64,000 bases of DNA from a virus. Shown here one piece after another: positions 55,745 to 64,000 of the stretch; position 1 is the stretch's first letter; every line of letters begins with the position of its first letter. The notes below the pieces were generated by a model, which made no database searches, was not told where the DNA came from, and worked only from the letters and a program-made list of their open reading frames with translations. A program made the translations under genes and the position numbers. Location of the stretch: IMG/VR virus record IMGVR_UViG_3300042731_007874. One strand, given 5' to 3'.

Positions 55745-57867
55745 TGTCATTAGTAAAAACATACAATGAATTTATACTGGAAAAGATTTTTAAAGAATCT
55801 TTATATGATGGAGTTGTTTTAACAACAGAGGAATTAGAAGCAGCTTTAGAGACTTATAAACAACTTCACTTAGATTTATCTTTTCCCTATATTAAATACG
55901 TTGATTTGTTAGTAGAAGAGAGAGGCTCTTCTTCAAGTGCAAGTTTAATAAAGAATATTGTTGATGCTTTTTCTGATGATGTTTCTGTTATTACAAGAGA
56001 AATCTATTCAATCGCTGACAATAGTAGTAGATATCACGAACGTTGGATTTCTGAATTAGAAAGATTAAGAGTTAAATCGAAAAAGTTAGAAAATAGGATT
56101 GACGCTTTATTATTGCTTGCGAATAACACAGCTGGATATTATGCGTCAATTGTTGATCCTCTATCTGACTTGAATTATGTTGATACGGAAAACACCACTG
56201 CTCTGGTAGACACTATTGCGAACAATGTATTTATAAAGCGCGGGACAGAAAACTCTGGTTCATTAACTCAAGTAAATACAAATTCTATTACTTACAAAGA
56301 CATCAGTTTCTCTCCAATAAGCAGAAGAGGAAATACTTTTTATACAGAAATGTCGACCAATAACTCCGTAGTTCAAATATTAAAAAATCAGAATACGACT
56401 TGGGTTGGAAAAATAAGTTGTTCTACAAAAGGACCAATGACGGCAGAATTAAAGATTCATCTCTCAAACGAACAAAAAGAGATTTCAAGGATTGTTATTG
56501 ATTCCAATACTCCACATGGTCACAGAACAACCGTTACTGCTCTTTATTCTGTTGATAGCCACAACTGGAACATAGTTCCATCTAAACAAGCAACTCAGTA
56601 TCTTTATGATAGTATTGCCTGGAATTTTTCAAAAAGATCCGCAAGGTGGGTAAAATTTATTTTTTATAAAACAAGTCATGATTCTGGGTTTTATGAATAT
56701 ATTTATTCTTTAAGATCTATAAGATTTTATAAAGACGCTTATTATGAAGACAATGGAAATCTTTTTTATAGTATTCCGATGTCTGTTTTAAAAACAGATG
56801 ACACGTTATATTCTTTTGCAAAAGCCCAATTAGATGTTTGTGAAGTGTTACCCACAAATACAAATATAAAATATTCATTGGCGGCTTCAAAAGACAACTC
56901 TACTTGGACCTCCTGGTATTCTATAAACCCTTCTACTAGAGAAGACGTTAACTATCCTAAAATAGTAGCTTTTTCCGGGATTGACTGGAAAGATAATACT
57001 AGTAGTGATATTACAGAGTTAAATTCTTCTTATGAAAAGAATGTTTTAGTTTCAACTTTCGATGATTCTGACATTGAAACTTATCGACTACGGCCTTCTT
57101 GCGCAGTTGTAAATAGTAAAATTTCTATCTCTTCGGAAGAAGATTTAGAGCCAGTTGCCAATAGTGTAGTGGTCTGGAGAAATACTTTAGACAGAAGCAC
57201 CTTCCCTGATACTACAACAGTAAGAGATGTTGTTAGAGGATGGTCTTTGAATGGCCAAACTTATGGTTGCTATTTTGAGATCTTAAATCCAAACGGACGT
57301 CTTATTGATTTTGGAGCGAGAGAATGTGTTCTTGATGGGAATAACGTAAGTGGGGTTGTTAATTTAGGGATGGGTGTTCATAAATTTCAAACCGCAGCAG
57401 AAAATTGGTTTGATATTTCTTCGTCTATAGAGTCAATCTCTGTTGGATCCGAAGAGATTTTAAAGTCCGTAGATCCTCTTTACCCCTATAACCATAAACT
57501 TTTAGTTGAGGGATTCCCTTATCTTCTTGGTTTTGAAGGAACTAAAGTTTATTTAGGGGCAGATCGAGTTGCAGAATCTTATATGAAGCGGGTCAGCTTG
57601 TTTGATCTAGAAAATAATATTTTTGATTATGATTCTTTTGCGATTAGGGACATTAGTAATGCAGAAAACAATCCTATTATTGGAATTGTTGTTCGTTATA
57701 ACCAAGAGAATGTAGATTTTGTAAATGAACTCTTTCTTGTCAAGTGGCGTTCTGGAGGAGATAACGCTTCTTTATATAAGTATATAAAATTACAAGCAGA
57801 ATTATTGACAGATGACAGTGAGACTTCTCCATCGTTTTCTTCTTATAGAATTAAGCTTGGAGTTTAA
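55744..57867 (+). CDS. Virion protein, paralog family member 3 (707 aa)
   Basis: LKNQNTTW...AELKIHL...ISRIVID; C-terminal IKLQAELL...SPSFSSYRIKLG. Confidence 0.6.
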   Translation: MSLVKTYNEFILEKIFKESLYDGVVLTTEELEAALETYKQLHLDLSFPYIKYVDLLVEERGSSSSASLIKNIVDAFSDDVSVITREIYSIADNSSRYHERWISELERLRVKSKKLENRIDALLLLANNTAGYYASIVDPLSDLNYVDTENTTALVDTIANNVFIKRGTENSGSLTQVNTNSITYKDISFSPISRRGNTFYTEMSTNNSVVQILKNQNTTWVGKISCSTKGPMTAELKIHLSNEQKEISRIVIDSNTPHGHRTTVTALYSVDSHNWNIVPSKQATQYLYDSIAWNFSKRSARWVKFIFYKTSHDSGFYEYIYSLRSIRFYKDAYYEDNGNLFYSIPMSVLKTDDTLYSFAKAQLDVCEVLPTNTNIKYSLAASKDNSTWTSWYSINPSTREDVNYPKIVAFSGIDWKDNTSSDITELNSSYEKNVLVSTFDDSDIETYRLRPSCAVVNSKISISSEEDLEPVANSVVVWRNTLDRSTFPDTTTVRDVVRGWSLNGQTYGCYFEILNPNGRLIDFGARECVLDGNNVSGVVNLGMGVHKFQTAAENWFDISSSIESISVGSEEILKSVDPLYPYNHKLLVEGFPYLLGFEGTKVYLGADRVAESYMKRVSLFDLENNIFDYDSFAIRDISNAENNPIIGIVVRYNQENVDFVNELFLVKWRSGGDNASLYKYIKLQAELLTDDSETSPSFSSYRIKLGV

Positions 57868-57876
57868 TGTTACAAT
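57868..57876 (+). promoter_or_regulatory. Possible extended -10 promoter for the fibre block
   Basis: TG-T-TACAAT in the intergenic gap, followed by SD GGAGGT and ATG 57895; no good -35. Confidence 0.35.
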
Positions 57877-57894
57877 AATATTTGGAGGTAGAGA

Positions 57895-60800
57895 ATGACG
57901 CAACATTTCAACTGGTCATGGGTAGACACGTTGTCTTCGACCCTAAAAGCGTCGGCCTCAGTTGATCAAAGCAGCGGTACCTTTTATTCTTTTCGAACTG
58001 CAGCAAGAGGATCTATTAGTTCTACAGAGCTGAATGCTTCTTTAGATTCAATGAAATCGAACCTAAACCATCAGTGGAGGTTGTGGCAAAATAATATTCG
58101 TCCTGTCTTAGATTCCCTCCCTGCAGGAGCAAGAGACACTAGGTGGAGAGTGGGGAAAGGACTTCCTCCTAAGATTGATGCCTTAACATATGGCCTCCAA
58201 GGAACTACGCTGTTTGTATTTAACGACGCAAACGCAATTCGGGCTAGTGGTCGGTATTGGGACACTGATACTGAACGCCCAATTACTATCGCAGAAGCCT
58301 TTGAAAACTTATGGTATGCTATTGATAATTTAGAAATAACTTCTACTTCTCCAACTCCTTCTTCGGTTGATTTGGATCCTTTATGGAACGCTATTGGATA
58401 TCATTATCAAGATCCTTCATTAACTTCTTCTTCAGAATCTTTAGACTCTAGAGTTGGAGTTACAGAAGACTGGCTGGAGCAGTTAAAGAAAGATTTATAT
58501 GGGAATCATGAAGGTTATCTCCCTTGGACATTTGGGGTTCCTTTATCTTATAGCGTAGCAATGAATATAGATTATCTCCTGAAAGCCCATGGAATTCCAG
58601 GAGGTTGGCAAGAAGATCCTAGTCTTCTTGGACATGACACTTTCGCTACTGCAGAACACACTCACCCTTATACAGATATTAGACCAATGCCATCAGTAAC
58701 TTTGTCTCAAGGCAGAGTTGCTCCGTATAGTACTTTATATAACGACATTCTTCGTATCAGATGGGAAATTACAAGAACAAGAGGATCTTCTTCTTGGTAT
58801 ACTGATGCTACAGATCCAGTTACTTCGGCTGCAGGAGACCTAAATACACATATGAATTACGTGGGGTCTGGTTCTTCTTCTGTTTCTAACCCTCATGCCT
58901 TGAATTATTCTGATATCGGAGCCGATACTCTTCTAGAGAACTTAGCGCGTTTTGTAGGGATGACAGACTACACAAGTATAGTTGAAATGCCTACGTACTC
59001 TTCTACTAATTATGTCACCCAGGCAGGAGATTTAGAACAAGCTATAGGAGAGTTAGACGCAGCTATTAAAGACGCTATTACTGGGTTTGTTTCTAGAGTT
59101 GAATATGGACCTTATGACCGAAGTGGACTCTCTGATACTCAACGAGAGCAAACTCCAATTACTATTGTACACGGATATGGGCAAGAACCAGTTGTTAATA
59201 TTATCGATTTGTCTCCAGACCAGCAAGCCTGGGGAATGTATAGCACTCCAACATCAGATGTTGTAATTGACTTCCCAGATCTTAATACAATTCGTATTTG
59301 GACAAATGCTGAAATAGTAAAAGCAATCTGTCTTTTTGGCGGCGTCGCTGGAGGTGGAGGAGAAGGGACGACCGATCATGGTAGCTTAGGTGGATTGCTG
59401 GATGACGACCATCTGCAATACTTGTTGGTCTCTGGGGCTAGAGCTATGGCTGGGAACCTTAACATGGCCAGCTATAAAGTTCATACTACTTCTGGAACTC
59501 TAAAATTTTCTGATAGTTATAACGGGTCTTCTTCTTGGTCTCAGACTTATATTAACTTAGCTGCTTCAGCTGCAGAGTGGACTTTGTTCGAAACTAACTT
59601 TGGAGGAGAAGTTAGTTTAATGAACGCTATTAACCAGGCTTACGCTGCAGGAGGAGGAACACCTTTACTTACAGATACCTACATCGGCGTAGGGAATTCT
59701 TCAAATCAATTAAGCGGATCAGCAAATTTAACTTACGATCCAGATGGAGATAAATGGCTTCGGATTGGTATCGGTACTCCGGGCCATCTTGTTTCCGGAC
59801 CGCCGCCATTTGGGGACGTTGATTGTCTTTATGTTGTCGGGCCATCTGAATTCGATGGCGTTGTCAATCTCGATGCAGGTGCCAGAGTCTACGATGACCA
59901 AACAATCCGGTTTGGTGATGGGTCTGATGCTACTATTGGTTTCAACACGGACCAAACAAATGATATGCTTATACTCGGACTCGCAAGCCCGAGAGTGTTT
60001 GTGATTTGTGAAAAAGCAGACATAGCAACTGACTTTGGACATGCTGCTTCGACAGATCCAGCGTTAGTAATACAAAGCGCAGACGCAACAACAGTAGCAC
60101 AGTATATTTCTCTTTCTCATAACCAGACACACGCACATTTGATTTCAGGAGTAGGGTCTTTCCAATTTGAAGACGCCTATTTAGATGGCTCTACTTATGA
60201 TACTGCATTTGTATTAGCTGACGCGTCCGGTGAGTATGATACGTTCGAAACTAATTTTGGAGAAGTTAGTTTAATCAATGCCCTTAACCAAGCTTACGCT
60301 GCAGGAGGAGGAACACCTTCACTTACAGATACTTATATCGGCGTAGGAAACTCTTCAAATCAACTTTCTGGTTCTGCTAACCTAACCTACGATTCAGATG
60401 GCAACAGGTGGCTTCAGATTGGTACAGGGACGCCGAACAGGCTAAGTGGAAACGACTGTCTTTATGTAACCGGGCTCTCTGAATTTGATAGCCGAGTCGA
60501 TTTTGAAGTCGGAACTTATTTTCGCGGCGGATTTTATGTATTAGATAATCGTCTTATAAGACTTGGAACTAGCGATGATTCTCAGTTAGTTTATGCGGCT
60601 AGCTCACAAACAAATCCAGCTGTTTTATGGGGATTGACCGCAGAATCCAACACGCTGATATTTTGCGAGACTGCAGATATGGCGACTAATTTCGACCATG
60701 CTGCCTATACCGATCCGACATTAGTAATACAGAGTGCAGACGCGACAGACATTACACAATATGGTAGACTCACGCATGATCAAACAGATTTTGTTATTGC

Positions 60801-61518
60801 TGCAGGTTCTGGGTCAGTTAGGATTTCAAATGCCGATGTAGGTGGAGGATCTTCTCCTCTTATTGTAGATAATGCTTCTGATTCTTTATATTCTATTTGG
60901 TTGGAAGCATATGACGGAGATGGATCTATTATCTGGTCTGACGAGCCTATTTATCTCGGAATGACAGAAGGTTACTATTCTCCTTACTTTATGGTTGATG
61001 GTATACAAGGAGAAACTTATTACGCTGCCGCAGAGATGGGACTCAATGATTCTGATGCCTACTTAAGAATATATAGATCTGGCGGAGCAGACTATGATGC
61101 GACTTTTTCCGGTATTGATCAGGTACTTTTTGACGTAAATACACTTTCTCTTAGTTCGAGTCCAAATAACGCAGCGATCAAAAACGCTAATTCTATTTCT
61201 TTCGGAGCAACCGTTCCTAATGCAACAGGAATTACTTCTGGAACTCTATCTATAGATTGGGAAGAAAGATGTATGCAGCGAGTTACTGTAGATGAAAACG
61301 TAACAACTGTAACTTTCTCTAATAACCCAAACGGTATTGGAAGAATTTCTATTTTGTTATCTTTTACTGGATCTTATTCTGTTACTGGTTTTACGGGCTG
61401 TACTTGGGCAGGTACTTCTCCTCCATTTAGCGGGACATCAGGAGAAGTCTATATACTTACTTTCGAATATCATGGTTCTTCTACTTATTACGGTATAATA
61501 TCAGGACCTTTTAGTTAA
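57895..61518 (+). CDS. Tail fibre protein (1207 aa) with internal tandem duplication
   Basis: Fibre motifs (HTHPY, SNPHAL, DHGSLGGLLDDDHLQY, GGG hinges); duplicated ~220-aa module; C-terminal beta domain. Confidence 0.75.
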   Translation: MTQHFNWSWVDTLSSTLKASASVDQSSGTFYSFRTAARGSISSTELNASLDSMKSNLNHQWRLWQNNIRPVLDSLPAGARDTRWRVGKGLPPKIDALTYGLQGTTLFVFNDANAIRASGRYWDTDTERPITIAEAFENLWYAIDNLEITSTSPTPSSVDLDPLWNAIGYHYQDPSLTSSSESLDSRVGVTEDWLEQLKKDLYGNHEGYLPWTFGVPLSYSVAMNIDYLLKAHGIPGGWQEDPSLLGHDTFATAEHTHPYTDIRPMPSVTLSQGRVAPYSTLYNDILRIRWEITRTRGSSSWYTDATDPVTSAAGDLNTHMNYVGSGSSSVSNPHALNYSDIGADTLLENLARFVGMTDYTSIVEMPTYSSTNYVTQAGDLEQAIGELDAAIKDAITGFVSRVEYGPYDRSGLSDTQREQTPITIVHGYGQEPVVNIIDLSPDQQAWGMYSTPTSDVVIDFPDLNTIRIWTNAEIVKAICLFGGVAGGGGEGTTDHGSLGGLLDDDHLQYLLVSGARAMAGNLNMASYKVHTTSGTLKFSDSYNGSSSWSQTYINLAASAAEWTLFETNFGGEVSLMNAINQAYAAGGGTPLLTDTYIGVGNSSNQLSGSANLTYDPDGDKWLRIGIGTPGHLVSGPPPFGDVDCLYVVGPSEFDGVVNLDAGARVYDDQTIRFGDGSDATIGFNTDQTNDMLILGLASPRVFVICEKADIATDFGHAASTDPALVIQSADATTVAQYISLSHNQTHAHLISGVGSFQFEDAYLDGSTYDTAFVLADASGEYDTFETNFGEVSLINALNQAYAAGGGTPSLTDTYIGVGNSSNQLSGSANLTYDSDGNRWLQIGTGTPNRLSGNDCLYVTGLSEFDSRVDFEVGTYFRGGFYVLDNRLIRLGTSDDSQLVYAASSQTNPAVLWGLTAESNTLIFCETADMATNFDHAAYTDPTLVIQSADATDITQYGRLTHDQTDFVIAAGSGSVRISNADVGGGSSPLIVDNASDSLYSIWLEAYDGDGSIIWSDEPIYLGMTEGYYSPYFMVDGIQGETYYAAAEMGLNDSDAYLRIYRSGGADYDATFSGIDQVLFDVNTLSLSSSPNNAAIKNANSISFGATVPNATGITSGTLSIDWEERCMQRVTVDENVTTVTFSNNPNGIGRISILLSFTGSYSVTGFTGCTWAGTSPPFSGTSGEVYILTFEYHGSSTYYGIISGPFS
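59494..60810 (+). repeat. Tandem intragenic duplication, period about 660 nt (220 aa)
   Basis: FETNFG(G)EVSL..A.NQAYAAGGGTP.LTDTYIGVGNSSNQLSGSANLTYD.DG..WL.IG.GTP and DP.LVIQSADAT occur twice, with mostly synonymous nucleotide differences. Confidence 0.9.
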
Positions 61519-61519
61519 A

Positions 61520-62191
61520 ATGGGAACAACTTTTATAGCTTATAATTTTGACACGGCTAACGGAGCAACAGAGATTACTGTCGATAAGCCTACAGGGACG
61601 GTAGACAATGATCTAATGTTTACTCTTGTGGCAAGAGAAAATTCTACTGAAAATCCAACTCCTCCTTCCGGATGGACCAAACTTGCTTCTGCTGCCCCTT
61701 CGAGCCATAAATTTTGGTTTTATTATAAAGTTGCTTCTTCAGAAGGAAGTGACTACACTTGGACTTGGACAATTAATAGAGATATTGCAGTAATGATAGC
61801 TACTTATCGTGGTGGGTTTGATCCTTCTGATTCTATTGACTATGATCCTCCTGATAACGACACCTATGTAGTAAACGATACAACCATAAGGGCTAGTTCT
61901 ATTGATGTTGCTGCAGACAATAGTGTTTTAATTTTTGCAGGAGGTTGTGACCATTCGTCAGCTGTTTCTTTTACACCTCCAACTTCTTTTATAGAAGATG
62001 CCGAAGACGGAGAAACTTCCGGCACTGCAGATTATCATATGACTATGACTCATTATAACGGTGCTAGTGCCGGAGCAACAGGAAATATAGATGGAACTTT
62101 ATCTGTTTCCTCAATTACTAAACAAGCCTTTCTTGTTTCATTAAATCCTCTTCCTAATATAGGAGGGTTATTTTTTGGGGCTGGAAGTTAA
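61520..62191 (+). CDS. Fibre tip / receptor-binding accessory beta-sandwich protein (223 aa)
   Basis: Follows the fibre; ITVDKPTGTVDNDL...TPPSGWTKL...FYYKVA pattern common in phage fibre tip domains. Confidence 0.55.
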   Translation: MGTTFIAYNFDTANGATEITVDKPTGTVDNDLMFTLVARENSTENPTPPSGWTKLASAAPSSHKFWFYYKVASSEGSDYTWTWTINRDIAVMIATYRGGFDPSDSIDYDPPDNDTYVVNDTTIRASSIDVAADNSVLIFAGGCDHSSAVSFTPPTSFIEDAEDGETSGTADYHMTMTHYNGASAGATGNIDGTLSVSSITKQAFLVSLNPLPNIGGLFFGAGS

Positions 62192-62212
62192 TTAATATGA
62201 AGGTGATGTTTC

Positions 62213-62509
62213 TTGAGTAAAAAAGTAAAGAAAACAAAACCCGAAGAAATAATCCCAGAGCATGTCTTAAATGGAGAAATTACTTCGGTTAGGGTTTATT
62301 TTGACGATAATGGAGAACATTATATTAAAATCATAACGACAGGAGAAATTGAAAGACAAGATTTATTATGGGACGACATGACAAATCAAGAAAAAAAGTT
62401 ATGTACCGATGCTTGGGATCTTGCTCTTGATCACCTAGATGTAGAAGAATCGATGGGAAGTTTTATTCCGAAAACTAGGAGTAATTATGTCAAAATCAAA
62501 AATAGATAG
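62213..62509 (+). CDS. Small acidic hypothetical protein (98 aa), possible fibre chaperone
   Basis: TTG start with SD AAGGTGA; position after the fibre genes. Confidence 0.45.
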   Translation: MSKKVKKTKPEEIIPEHVLNGEITSVRVYFDDNGEHYIKIITTGEIERQDLLWDDMTNQEKKLCTDAWDLALDHLDVEESMGSFIPKTRSNYVKIKNR

Positions 62510-64000
62510 AGCTAATACTTCAAAAATCAACCATGGAACTTCTCTTCCTAGTTCTTATACTAGAGGAAATATCTATGGAAGAGATGGGGCTGCTACTGTT
62601 TATTTTAGAGATGCCTCTACTGGTGTTTGGAATGCTATTTCTGGCGGCGGTGGTGGCGGTGGCGGAGTGGGAATATTTGAAGAAGGTACTGGATCTGCTT
62701 CAGCTCAACGAATAGGCCAAAGCTTAGATGCTCTTGGAGATTCTTCTTTCTTAATGGGGTCTTCTTTAACTTGTACTACTTCTGCTGATTATAGTTTTTT
62801 ATTTGGTGCTAACAGTTCATTATCTTCTCCTTATTCTGCTGTATTTGGATATACTCATTCAGTAGCAGGTTATTCAAGTTATTCTGCTGTATTTGGATAT
62901 ACAAATACTATAGGCTCTTTTTCTTCTGGTAATGTTGTTGGTGGCAAAAGTAATACTATAGGAGGAACTGCAACTGCCAACAGTGTTTTTGGCGCAGAAA
63001 ATAATATTTCTAATAGCAGTTCCTATTCTTCAGTAGCTGGAAGAAGCAATAGTATTGGAACAGATTGTGATTATCTATTAGTTGCAGGCTATAGTCACAA
63101 TATTTCTTCCTCAACAAGTTATGCAATTACAGTAGGAAGAGATAATTCATTAGGATATTCTTCTACTGGATGTTCTTACTCATCAGTTTTTGGTAGAAAC
63201 AACCTATTATCAGACGCTGTTTATAGCACTGCTTTTGGTTATCTAAATGGTCTTTCTAACTGTAATTATTCATTTATATCAGGACAAAGTAATGCTCTTC
63301 AAGGAGATCACAATACGATTTTTGGTCAAACAGTTACTCTTTCTAAATACGGAAGTGTATATTCTACCTATAACTTTCTGGCGGGTCATAGTATTGCTGC
63401 GTTAGGAAGAATAACTTCTTGTGCGTGTTTTGGTACTAGTTATACGATTACCGGTATAAGTACTGGAACTTTTATTGCTGGAGACTCTCACTCTAATTTA
63501 TCTGCTGTAAATAGATGTGCAATTTTTGGTGGAGAAAATGCTGTTAATGGAGGAGGACATGTTGTTGGTGGCCAGAATAATACCTGTAGTTTTTCTAACT
63601 ACGATGCTGTTTTTGGAAGATTAAATATAGTTTCTAACTCCAGTTATTCTATGGTTACTGGTCAATCAAATTCTGTTGCTAATTCTGACTACACTGTTGT
63701 TTTTGGAGAATCAAACACACAGTCAAATGGCGGATATAGCATAATGACAGGAGCTTCTAATACTTTTTCTGATCTACTTTATTCTATGGTCATTGGTTAT
63801 AGTATTTCTGGTACATCAGAAACCAAATATAATATTATTTCTGGATACAACCATACTCTCTCTGCATTACAATATAGTTTGGTCGCTGGAAATGAACATA
63901 CTGTCTCTGGTTCCTATAATTGTATTGTCGGGACAGAGCAAGATATTACTGGTAACTACAATATAGTTAGTGGACTCTCTCAAGAAATAAGTGGTTCTTA
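62487..64000 (+). CDS. 3'-truncated beta-solenoid (YadA-head-like repeat) fibre/adhesin protein; not in ORF track
   Basis: SD AGGAG, ATG 62487; frame read by hand is open to the window end; poly-Gly hinge, then ~14-16-aa repeats of type YSxVFGxxNxI. Confidence 0.85.
   Translation, partial: MSKSKIDRANTSKINHGTSLPSSYTRGNIYGRDGAATVYFRDASTGVWNAISGGGGGGGGVGIFEEGTGSASAQRIGQSLDALGDSSFLMGSSLTCTTSADYSFLFGANSSLSSPYSAVFGYTHSVAGYSSYSAVFGYTNTIGSFSSGNVVGGKSNTIGGTATANSVFGAENNISNSSSYSSVAGRSNSIGTDCDYLLVAGYSHNISSSTSYAITVGRDNSLGYSSTGCSYSSVFGRNNLLSDAVYSTAFGYLNGLSNCNYSFISGQSNALQGDHNTIFGQTVTLSKYGSVYSTYNFLAGHSIAALGRITSCACFGTSYTITGISTGTFIAGDSHSNLSAVNRCAIFGGENAVNGGGHVVGGQNNTCSFSNYDAVFGRLNIVSNSSYSMVTGQSNSVANSDYTVVFGESNTQSNGGYSIMTGASNTFSDLLYSMVIGYSISGTSETKYNIISGYNHTLSALQYSLVAGNEHTVSGSYNCIVGTEQDITGNYNIVSGLSQEISGS

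Noticed and set aside
55737-55746. TG-C-TATAAT (and TATAATG at about 308 and 35067) as promoters
   Set aside because: The boxes overlap the start codon itself and arise from TAATG coupling; a TSS would fall inside the gene.
1259-60042. All minus-strand ORFs and short alternative-frame plus-strand ORFs in the track (e.g. 3457, 7283, 13369, 22413, 45118, 59744, 62533)
   Set aside because: They lie wholly within long coding genes, lack SDs and recognisable motifs, and read as shadow frames.
59494-60810. Diversity-generating retroelement TR/VR pair in the fibre
   Set aside because: Both copies are in-frame coding, differences involve all four bases and are largely synonymous rather than A-specific, and no reverse transcriptase is in the window.
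1-64000. Alternative genetic code (stop-codon reassignment)
   Set aside because: Genes are long and intact under code 11, and both TAA and TAG end genes at sensible operon boundaries.
1-64000. tRNA, rRNA, CRISPR array, IS element or integrase
   Set aside because: Intergenic gaps are too short, and no cloverleaf, spaced direct repeats, terminal inverted repeats or recombinase motifs were seen.

Overview
This is a 64-kb, AT-rich, almost gap-free plus-strand virion morphogenesis operon of a large contractile-tailed (myovirus-type) phage. No host genes, integrase, terminase, tRNA or CRISPR array were seen. Gene order: portal with a MuF-like tail, prohead protease/scaffold, decoration protein, HK97-type major capsid, neck, sheath, tube plus two tube paralogs, chaperones, tape-measure-like protein, a 1467-aa protein, hub megaprotein, baseplate, then fibres. 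Three things stand out. (1) The 1467-aa protein (24565-28968) carries, in the correct order, motifs matching both catalytic barrels, the bridge helix and the trigger loop of two-barrel RNA polymerases (R-H-P, G-DFDRD, Q-x6-H). It is a candidate single-chain, virion-injected RNA polymerase, translationally coupled to the tape measure and hub genes. (2) The tail tube gene is split by a group I intron (15131-16074) with clear P1/P10/P3/P4/P6/P7/P8 but apparently no P2, almost no P5 and no P9. Its endonuclease ORF is looped out of P7.1, a stem that also hides the ORF's ribosome-binding site. (3) A 166-aa mini-intein sits in the tape-measure-like protein. All protein assignments come from motifs recognised by eye, not from database searches.
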